Below, in pieces: positions 32,551 through 42,905 of a DNA stretch of 64,000 nt. Every line of letters starts with the position of its first letter. Position 1 is the stretch's first letter. The notes under the pieces are model-generated. The model did no database searches and had not been told where the DNA came from. It was given only the letters and a program-made list of their open reading frames with translations. Source of the DNA: Candidatus Hydrogenedentota bacterium (GTDB taxonomy: Bacteria; Hydrogenedentota; Hydrogenedentia; Hydrogenedentales; SLHB01); contig CAVUWV010000031.1 of NCBI GenBank assembly GCA_963745075.1, positions 256,001-320,000 of the forward strand, in the 5' to 3' direction. A program made the translations under genes and the position numbers.

Positions 32551-35218
32551 CTACATGGAATCGGTCGGCGTTTTGATTCGTCTTTGCGAGGGCGTCAAAC
32601 GCTCGAGTTCCGCGAACCAGTTCTGAACGACAATGATTTCCGAAGCGGGCGGAGCGGCGGCAGGCGTGTCCATCTGTTTGATCATTAAGAATCGCGAACT
32701 GTCCGAAGCAACGTCATAGGTGAAGGCGCGGATGGCCGGGGCAAAATACTTCCACGTGAACAGGGGGCGCGGCGGTGACGCGACAAACCGCGGATCGGTT
32801 TCGATGGAGACCGCCATCAGAAACGTCGCCCTCACGAAAGAACAACTCCCGGCCATCCGGGGACCATTCCGGTTCGACCCCTCCTTCGTAAGATATTTGC
32901 CATTTGCCGCCGCGATCGGGAAAGGGCTGTACGTAAACTTCTTCGCGGCCCGTTTCTCCGCCTACATAGGCGATGAATCGACCATCCGGCGAAAGGGATG
33001 GCGCGCGTTCAAACGCACCCGGATCCGACCAACGACGCAAATTCCCCGTGCCGTCCGGCGCGCACAATCCAATGTGCACGTTCTGATTCGTGCTGTATTC
33101 GACCAGCACAATGAAGCGGCCGTCCGGAGACCACGCATGAGGATGCCGGACATGTGGACCTACGGTCAACACCGTCGACTCACCCGTTCCATCCGTACGT
33201 TTGCGGCAGATCGCCACCCCAGCCTCTTTCAATGTCGAATACGCCAGTTCCCGTCCGTCCGGCGACCAGACGGGGTATTGATTGTCAGCCTGATCGAACG
33301 TAATTCGCTCATTGGCACCCCGTGCGAGATCGATGGTCCAGATGTCGCCTTTAACGCTCACGGCTGCGCGTTCCCCATCAGGGGATATGCGCGCAGCTTC
33401 GTACGATCGCGGGAGCTGGTTGAGCGGCTCCTCATTACCTTCGCGGTCCAGCCACACCAGCGTCCGGGATTCCCGGAAATCCGATTCACTGGCGGTCGGA
33501 ACATAAACGAGCGTCCCTTCGTCCGACACATCGAATTGGACCGCCGGCCATTGGGGAGTGGCGATCCGGCTTTCGGATACCAGAATGGGCGACCCGGTCG
33601 CGCGCATTCCGGCCGCGTCAAAGGGAAGGGCCATCACGCGTCCGCGCTGGGAAAACAAGATATGTCCGGTGGACACATAGGCGGGCCGCAACGCGTGATC
33701 GACGAGTACCGATGTTTTGCGCGCGGCAAAATCCAACAGCATCACGCGCACAAGATTCAGATCGGGTGCATACGCGGTACCGTAGAGCAAGCCGCGTTCC
33801 CCCGGCAGAACGGAGGGGGAACCGCAAATAAAGCCGCCGGTCCCTTCATCGGGCAGCGGGAGTGGCTCGGGTGCGCCGCCCACGTCGGCGATGCGGAACA
33901 ATTCGGAAGGCATGCCCGAAATGAAGTAGATGGTTTCGCCAATCCAATCCACGCCCATCGGGTGGCTGACCTCATGGAGCGTTACCGGGGTTCCACCGTG
34001 AATGGATACCTTGCGCAAGTGGCCGTCGGGTATGGTGAAGTAACCGATCCATTGACCGTCGGGCGAGAAACAGGGTCGAATCGCGTGGTCGGTGCCGCGT
34101 AAGACACGGGGCTCGAGTTGGTCGAGGGGACGGAGTAGGAGGTGGCGTACGCCGTCGATTACGGCCACGTACACGATTTGTGTGCCGTCCCTCGAAATGG
34201 CCACTGCCGGATCGAGATACTCGCGCGGCGGCGAGACCGGCGCGTTGGGGTCGAGATTAATCGACAAGCGCCGGACCGGAACTCTGGATGCAACCGGCGC
34301 CCGTATCGGCACCGTGTCGCCCCCAATGCCGGAACGCCGGCCCGGACCAGCTTCGCGCATGGCGTCGCGAATTTCCAGCGCGCCGTCCGACATGTCGCGG
34401 AGGCGATCTTTTGTGTCCTTTTCGAGGCAGCGGCGCAACAACACGCGAACCGCCTCTGGCGTCTCGGGTGGTAATGCGGTCCAATCCGGCTCCGAACTTA
34501 AGACCGCGACCAGCGCGTCGGTTGTCGTGTCGCCTTCAAACGGAGGCCGCCCGGACAGGCATTCGAACAGGCAACAGCCGAAGGACCACACATCGGTCCG
34601 TTTATCCAAGGGTTTCCCGCGGGCCTGTTCGGGGCTCATATAGGCGGGTGTGCCGATAAGGATCCCGTTTTTCGTCGTATGGCTGAGTTCTTCGGATTGC
34701 ACCCTCGTTGCCGCATCCGAGAACGCCGCCGGTTCGGGTTCCAGAATCTTTGCAATTCCGAAATCGAGGATTTTCGCGTGTTCTTCAGGCGTGATCTTGA
34801 TGTTTGCCGGCTTGAGGTCGCGGTGGATGATATTGCGATCGTGCGCGAACGCAAGCGCCGAGGCAACCTCCTCGAAGAAACGCAGGGCATTCCGAGAAGG
34901 TATCGCGCCGCGCTGCACCCGTTGCGCGAGCGTATCGCCCTCCACGAGCTGCATAACGATGAATGGGAAGGGGCCGTCTTGTTTGAAATCGAAGATGGCG
35001 CCGATTGCCGGATGATCGAGCTGTGCAAGCGCTCGGGCCTCGCGCTCGAATCGCGCCATACGCTCCCGATCGTCTTTGTATGCTTCCGGCAAAACTTTAA
35101 TGGCGACCTCGCGGCCGAGTTTCGTATCGACAGCACGGTACACCTCACCCATGCCGCCTGCGCCAAGCAGACCGCGAATCTCGAAAGTGCCCAATCGCGT
35201 TCCGGCGGTAATCGCCAC
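32551..35218 (-). CDS. Hanks-type Ser/Thr protein kinase with C-terminal PD40/TolB-like propeller (frameshift near 32820)
   Basis: GAGGMGEVY, VAIK, HRDLKPAN, DFG, GTPAYMSPEQ, several SPDG repeats. C-terminus VVQNWFAELERL lies in ORF 32551..32856. Confidence 0.92.
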
Positions 35219-35595
35219 CTTGAACCAAGCCTCCAGCGCCAAGCTGAAACTCGTTTATAGCAGATTGAGGCGTGGCGCCGCATTATGAAGATGCGTCGTC
35301 GTGTCCGCTCGAATCTGTCCTTTCCGCGCGAACATCCCCGTTCGTGAGAAGTGACTACCGAAGCGGTGGAAAGTGCAGGGGCCGAAGGTTTTACGCGTTC
35401 GGCGGGGGAAATGTTGACGGTCTGCGTGGCATTGCGGCCGCAGGCAGCAAGCGCGGCGGGAATTCCCGTCGAGGCGGGGCCCGGGCCAAGACGAGAAATG
35501 CTTGAAAAGCACGTTGCGCCACGCTACGCTAGGCTCGATGACCGTATAGGATATTCTTCTTTCTTTTCAGCTTGGTCGGCATCTTCGAGGATAGT

Positions 35596-35999
35596 ATGAT
35601 GCTTGGTGAAGAGTCTGCCATTCTAAATTTTGATCGGGTCCTGAACTACGCCGTCCGTGTGTCGGGCCGGTACCAGCGAAACCTATCGCTTGTCATGCTC
35701 AGCAGCGAAGAAGAGGGTGCTGATGTGACGGCCGAATTTTCCCCCACCTGCGGCGCAGCGACGAAGTGCTGGAGTTTCGCGACTGCACGGCGGTGTTGAT
35801 GGGCGAAACAAACGGCGCCGGCGCGATGAAAGCCGTGGAGCGGTTCAAAAGCGGATTGAACGGCCATTCCGACGTGCGGTACGCCATTGCCTCTTTCCCG
35901 GACGACGGGGAAGCCGCAGGAAAACTCTTTATGAGCGCCCGCCGGCGGCTGGACTTGGCGCGCAGTAAAGGCCCGGGCGCGGTCGTCGCATCCGGTTGA
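35596..35999 (+). CDS. Stand-alone degenerate GGDEF-fold protein (frameshift at TTTTCCCCC near 35740)
   Basis: RYQRNLSLVML, LRRSD, AVLMGET..GA...ER, IASFPDDG...L...A...L..A..KG. No GG(D/E)EF motif. Confidence 0.7.
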
Positions 36000-36006
36000 A
36001 ACAACG

Positions 36007-36043
36007 CGGGCCGTCCCGGTTTCCCGTGAACGGCCCGACGTTT
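36007..36043. terminator. Possible hairpin terminator between convergent genes
   Basis: CGGGCCGT...ACGGCCCG stem followed by a short T run. Confidence 0.4.
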
Positions 36044-36063
36044 GTATCTTCAGGGTGTAATGG

Positions 36064-36486
36064 CTAGGCTTCGCTGGAACCCACGATGCGCCACACATCC
36101 CCTTCTTTCTTCAGCGCGATGTTGAGGTTCATGGCGCCGGCGCTGCTTGACAGGGTAACCGGACTGACCGTGGCGTTCCCATCGTTAATGGTGATCTGCG
36201 CCGAGTCCAGATCCACGGTCAGACTATCCAAGTAGCCCATGCTGATGGCTTCCTTGAGAAAGTCAAGCATCTGTGCCTTACCGCGACCTTCACCGTCAGT
36301 GAAGTCTTCCGAATAGGCCATACCCGCCTGGTCGGCGTTCTTCGCGATCAAACCGGCCTTCCATTCATTCATCGTGTTCATGATGAGTTCCCGGTCGCTG
36401 GGGCCCTTCTGGCCCGTGGCACACCCGAATCCCAACAGCAGTACCACCGATACCGACAACATCTGAAATGCGACTTTCACGTTCAC
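36064..36486 (-). CDS. NTF2/SnoaL-like lipoprotein
   Basis: Lipobox GFGC, AYSEDF, C-terminal LKKEGDVWRIV. Confidence 0.75.
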   Translation of the reverse strand: MNVKVAFQMLSVSVVLLLGFGCATGQKGPSDRELIMNTMNEWKAGLIAKNADQAGMAYSEDFTDGEGRGKAQMLDFLKEAISMGYLDSLTVDLDSAQITINDGNATVSPVTLSSSAGAMNLNIALKKEGDVWRIVGSSEA

Positions 36487-36746
36487 GATATGCCCCCTTC
36501 CTTCTCTCGCTACGCTTGTGCGTTCTCGATCACGGGCGGTGCACCCGCCCCGCGAGATGATAATGCCATCCACCACCCACGGTCAACACGCCGGTACCCC
36601 GACTGTCAAAGCTCGGAACCCCGACCAAACCTGCTCGAAACATATACTACGAGAATCGCTTCGCGCGTCGAGGTATTTGGCACGCCAACTGCACGAAGGT
36701 CAACGTCCAGTATCAGGCGGATCCACGAATCGAAGTCCTTGCACGG

Positions 36747-39700
36747 TTAACCGGGTTGGCGACTCCGCTTGGGATGCCTGGATTGTGCGTGGATTGCGCC
36801 GAGCGCAAGTATTCCTAAAGCGCTGCACAGCACGAATGCCGCCCACGGCGCAATGGGCAGGCCCGGGATGCTCTCGCTTTCGGCAAGTTCAAAGGTGCTG
36901 AAGGACTTAGTTGTCGCGGTGACGGTGTTGGCGTCAGGGTCGGGTACGCTGCCGAGCTCGGTGGCCAAGTCGAATTCATCGACGTGCAACATCACCAGGT
37001 GGTTTTCACGCAGTTTTGTGCCATCGACGGTGCCATCCTGGTCCGCGTCGGGGTACTCAATGGTGACTATTGCCAAGTCCACTCCTCCCGCGCCGGTCAA
37101 TCCCGTAGGACCTACGAGGAAACTGGTCCCCGGAACAAGGCTCAGGATATGTCCCGGCACTGACGGGCTGCCGGTGGGGGCGCGGTCAATTGTGATCAAC
37201 GTCGGTGCCGTCAATGCCCCAGGAAGGATTGTTACCGTGATTCCATCCCGGCTTATCGTTCCTCCTGCAGGTCCAATCGTCGTCTCCGTGTGCGTCGCCG
37301 CCACCACGTGCACCGTGCGCACCACGGGCGTTGCCGGATTACCCGATGAATCGGTGACGGTATAGGTTACGCTATAGTTCCCGATAGTTGACGTGTCAAC
37401 CGTACTCACCGCCTGTACGTTCGCGGTTACATTCCCATCCACGTTGTCCGTCGCTGTCGCGCCGGCATCCAAGTACGCCGCGTATTGTTCGACGGTCTCG
37501 GGATTGTTGCCCAACGGTGTAATCACCGGCGGCGTGGTGTCGCGGACGGTTACGGTGCGGCTGGTATGGCCGACGTTGCCGGCGATGTCCGGCGCACTGT
37601 AAATCACCGTGTAGCTGCCCGGCACGGCCGTGTTCAACCTGCTGGATGTGGTGATATAGGCGGACCGGTCGCCGCTTACGGTATCGGTCGCCGTCGCTCC
37701 CGGGTCAACAAAGGGCTGGCCTTCGTCGATGACCACGGGATCGCTACCTAGGAGGGTCACGACGGGCGGCGTGGTGTCCCCAGCTTGTTGCACATAGACT
37801 TCCGCGCCACTGCCCAGGGCCCCGGCCGCATCCACCCGTACCCAACTGCGCCGCGTGCTCGTTGTCTCGTTTGCGCTGAACTGGATCGTCACGCTCCCGT
37901 TCCCACTCCCCGATGACGCGCCGTTGAAACTCGTGAATCCGCTCGACTGGGCCAGGATGTTCGCACTCCAAATCAACGTGCTCCCGCCCGTATTCGTGAT
38001 GGTAAACGTCTTGGTTCCAGGTGTGGGCCCCGCGCTGTCCTGGCTCGGGCTCACCTGCAATATCGCCGGCTGCACGTTGGGTGTCAGATATACGTACTGC
38101 GTCAGGAGCGTGGCCACACATCCCACATACACCTGATTAACGTACGGGGAATAGTTCGGATCGCTGATACTCAGCGTGTACAACACATTTTGGCTCAGGG
38201 ACGAGAACACGACCTGTCCCGTGCTTGAGGTCTTGAGCGTTACTGAACTCATTATCCCGCCGCTCAATGTCACCTTGAGATTCCCCAGCGCCGCCCCACC
38301 GGAAACGCTGTGCACCACCACCGTCAGGCTCGGCCGCACTCCGCAAGGACCGGTCGGCTGGTAGACGCGCAGGTCGTAGTTGGTGTCCACACCGACGTTG
38401 CTCAACTCGTTCGTGATCTTCACGTAGTACCGGCCCGAAGTCGTTACGTTAAACTCGATGATACCGCCGCCGGGCTCCAGCCCGATGTCGTCAAAATCCA
38501 GCAGCGACGTCCCGTCGGTATCGTAAAGTTCCACCAGCGTGTGGGCGTTGGCTGCGACGTTAAAGGTTTCTACCGTCACGAAGTCCCCCGACGCCGCGTC
38601 GAAGGTCACCCAGTCCGCGTCCCCGCTGTCGTGGAAGTTGTGGGTCTGCGGCAGGGTATCGATATCCGCTACACCGAGCCACGTCGCATCGGCGACGGTG
38701 TCATCGTCCTCGTACTGGTCTGCGCCGTCCAGACGCGTTACGGTCGTCTCCTTGGGCGCGGAAATGTTCCCATTGGTGTCCGTCGCGAATACGGCCACGC
38801 CGTAGGTTCCATACGTTCCATAGACGCCATCGGTCGTTTCGTAGTGTCCTGGACTCGTTTCGCTCAACTCGACCGTCACCGGTTCGCCGTTCGGTGAAAC
38901 AATCACCGCATACACCCGGTCGAGGGTGCTCGTGGTGGTTACGTTCTCCACCCAGATCGTCGCCGTACTGGTCCCGGTCAAGTTCTGCGGGTCCACAATG
39001 GTTCTGATGATCGGGTCGTCGCCCGCCAACTGGATGCCGGTCCCGATGTAGTACTTCCGGGACACCACGCCGTCCGTGATCGAGTTGAACAGGCCGTCGC
39101 CACTGTCGTCGAGCTGGGCCGTCTGGCCCGACCCCTGCAAACCGCATCGCCGCCCGGGCGTAACTCCACGCCTCGTACACGTTGGCTCCGTTCAGCACCC
39201 GGCCCCAGAAGAATTTGCTGAAGGAGATGCTGCCGGTTTTCAGGAAGTTGGCGCTTTGCGTCGCATTCGTGCTGGCAAGTACGATCCGGTTACCGGAGGG
39301 CGGCAGCAGCGATCCCAGGAAGCTTCCTGATTGGCCCGCGTCGTAAATCACCGTGACTTTCCCGGGCAGGCTCCCCTGCAGGGTATCCAGCCAGGTGTCC
39401 AGTTGCACGGCGGTGAGGGTTTCCGTGGGCGTAATCGCGAATCCCGTGGTGTTGGACGGGCCCGCGAGGAACAGGGTCACATCCTGGGTGTTGGCGTTGA
39501 AACTCGTGCTCAGCGCGTTCTGCAGATTGGTCAGTGACGGACCGTAGTCCACACCGCCGATGGTGACCGGGCTCATGAAGGTAATGTCCGAGTCGTCGTA
39601 GCCCTGGTAGCGCAGGGCTTCGTAAGCCGAGCGCACGGTCTCCTCATACGACGGCCACAGCACGTCGCTCCCCGACCCGCCGGCGACGATGACGGCTTTA

Positions 39701-42623
39701 CGTTTCAATGGATTGCCGACAGACACCGTCGTCAGTTTTGGTGCACTGACATTCCCTACCCGGTCCATGGCGTAAATGAGGATGTTGTACGTGCCGGGCG
39801 TGGTGAAGTACTGGTAGGTCCCCTCGAACTGGTCGCCGGTGGTCGGGAACAGTTCGACCGTCGGCAGGCCCGCGATGGGGTTGTCCGAGGAGGACTGGTC
39901 GAAACCCGGCGGCCGGATGACGCCCCATACCCGGGCGACGCCATCGCTGTCCGTCACCGGATCCGCCGACAGGGCGGCTGTGCTGGTCCCATTGATGACT
40001 TGGTCGCCGGAGATGGCCCCGATTTCGGGTCCTTCCCAGTATTGGCGGGTGCCGTTGCCGATGAAGGTGCCCGAGGCCAAGTCCCCGTCGCCCGGCGTGT
40101 TGCCCGCGCCGTCCCCCGTATCGTCCAGCAGGGGATGCTGGTAGCCGAAAGTCTGCGACAGGGCCTGGTTCGCGATGTCGAAGGCGTCTTTAACCGAAAC
40201 GCCGTTAAAAATCTGCGTCCAGAAGTAGTTAGAGAAAGAAACCGTTCCGCGGGTCACAAAGTAGGCGGATTCGCCGGGAGACGTGGAGGTGATGACGATG
40301 CGTTTGTCTTCATATCCCGAGGGTGCCGCCAAGTCGGCGATGAACGAGCCGGATTCGCACGCATCGTACACGACAATGAGCTTGCCGGTGATCTGGGTCT
40401 GCAACGTGTCCAGCCACGACGATAACTCGGGCGACGACAAGGTCTCGGTATCGTTCAGTCGGAATGCATCCACGCCACCGTGGTCCACCAGATACACCAC
40501 TACATCTTCAACCGGCAGGCTATTCACCGGCGCCGACGCCCATGTTGTTAAGGCCAACTGCAGATTGGCCTTCGTGCAATCGCCATCCACATCGTCGGCT
40601 ACGTCATTGTTGTCCAGGTCCACTTGCGTGTCGGACGAAAGGTAACGAATGACATCTTTCGTGTACCCCTGACTATTCAGTGCGCGGTATGCGAAGTTTG
40701 CACAGGATTCAGTCGCGTCCCATAGGTTGTTACCCGGGAATGGTCCACCAGCTGCTACAACAACAGCTTTTGGAATAGACGCTAGTGTGACCGGCCTGAA
40801 TTTTTGGATGCGATGATTAGATGTGTCAGCGATGTAGACATAGCCGGAACTGTCTACAGCAACGCTTTCCGGACGGTAGAATTGACCTGTTCCAAAACCG
40901 TAAGTTCCCCACTTGGAGGACAAAGAAATCCAAAGATAAAAGCCTTTGAATCCTATGGTTATATGTGTGCAGCCACATATATTTCTCCAGAAGGTCCGAC
41001 AGTTACTCCGTATGGGTAATAGAATTGGCCATCTCCAGACCCCCAATCGCCCGATTTCGCAAGAAAGGTACCCGTGGGTGTGAATTTTTGAATTCGATGG
41101 TTCCATGTGTCGGCTACAAGTATATCGCCGGTAGGATCTATGGCTATACCACGCGGTAAATCAAACTGACCGTCACCATTACCCTGGCTTCCCCACTTGG
41201 TCACAAAAGCACCAGTCGAAGTAAACTTTTGGATTCGATAGTTTTGAGTATCCACCACATAAACGCCTCCCGAAGCGTCCGCAGCTATGCTCTCTGGGTG
41301 ATTAAATTGCCCGTCTTCGGTTCCGGAGTTCCCCCATTCTGTCACGAAAGAACCAGTCGATGTAAACTTTTGGATGCGGTCGTTGCCCCAGTCAGCAACG
41401 TAGAAGTCACCTTGCGAGTCTATCGTCAAGCCACTTGGACCAGCGAACTGCCCCTCTCCGGCACCGGGGCTTCCCCACTTGGCCACATACGTGCCCGCCG
41501 GTGTGAATTTCTGGATACGATCATTACCGAAGTCGGCGACATAGATATACCCGGAGCTGTCAACCACGACAGTTCGTGGAGAATGGAATCGGCCGCCGAG
41601 AAACCCGGTAGGACCCCACTCTACTGCAAAGGATCCCGTCGCCGTGAACTTTTGGACACTTTGTTTGGCCACGTCCGCAACATACAAGCTGCCTGAGCCG
41701 TCGACCCCGATGCCTTGGGGGGAACCGAACTGTCCCTCGCCCGGTCCAAGGCTGCCCCATTTCGCCACAAAAGTTCCGTCCGACGTGAACTTCTGAACTC
41801 GGTGGTTGTATGTATCGGCAACGAAGACCTCTCCTGAACCGTCGACCGCAACGTCGTTCGGCCAGTACAATTGTCCATCTCCAGTTCCATAGTTTCCCCA
41901 TTTTGATATAAACGTGCCTTCTGAAGTGAATTTTTGAATACGGTGCTGGGTGGTATCCACAACATACACGTTTCCGGAGTTATCCACAGCGATTCCGGTT
42001 GGGGAGTTGAACTGTCCGTCTCCGACTCCGAGGTTGCCCCATTTCACTACAAAGGCTCCAGCCGACGTGAACTTCTGAACGCAATTGTTGCCCCCATCGA
42101 CAACGTAGACGTAACCAAAACTATCGACTCCGAGACCTTCGGGATATACGAATTGACTATCGCCCGTACCATAGCTTCCCCACTTTGTCACAAAAGTCCC
42201 TTCCGATGTGAATTTCTGTACACGATGGTTAACAGTGTCGGCCACGTAGACATAACCGAGCCCATCCACCGCAACACCACTCGGTCCCATAAACTGTCCA
42301 TCGGAGTTTCCCTCATTGCCCCATGCTGTGACCAGATTTCCGTGAGCAGACAGTTTTACGACCCGGTATCTTTGCCGGTCTACAACGAAGATGTCGCCCT
42401 TCGGGCCGTCAATAGCGACGGCACAAGGTGCATCGAAGTACCATGGTTGCTGGAGCGTGGGCCACATGCGTTCGAATCGGTAGGTTTCGTCGGCGTCCGC
42501 GATGAATGCAACTACGATGGAGAGAGCTAATACGAAAACGCCGAACGACGAGGTAAAACGCGGTCCGATGGAACTCGCACTGGGTCGAAGCCGACCAAAG
42601 GCGACGTGGTGCAATTTCAGCAT
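36747..42623 (-). CDS. Giant surface protein: 12 NHL repeats, 2 x (C13 peptidase-like + Ig-like), PPC-like, BACON-like, 2 x DUF5011-like, C-terminal TM tail (frameshifts near 40950 and 39135)
   Basis: Signal peptide (ADA-D), 47-aa NHL repeats, YLVDHGG and YDACESGSF, D.YE.DD / DADW PPC-type motifs, DTTPPV(V/I)T(L/P)LG repeats, tail IPGLPIAPW-TM-basic. Joins ORFs 40959..42644, 38701..41106 and 36747..39140. Confidence 0.8.
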
Positions 42624-42905
42624 GCAGGCTCCCTCACCGACCACCCAAGAACTGAATCCACAAGGAGTGGCAATTTCAGCTATGCAGACCCCCTAGCCGC
42701 ATGAAGTGCGACTGTAAGACTATAGCATAGCTTATAGGATTGCGCAATCCGGTTCTTTGATGACTACTGGGAAAACCGCGCCATGTGAAAACCCCAAAAT
42801 CTGACTCAGGCCCCGCAAGTCGCACGACATCGGCTGCGCGTGCGTGCTATACTTGAGCCCGCTATGGCTGCAAGTCGCAATCAACTTCTGAGGTATTTTC
42901 CTGCC

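Noticed and set aside
32720..34102. 460-aa plus-strand ORF
   Set aside because: Antisense to the kinase propeller region.
35730..35750. Programmed frameshift or phase variation at homopolymers (also near 48645)
   Set aside because: The runs are short (4-5 nt) and similar indels occur throughout the window, so sequencing error is the simpler explanation.
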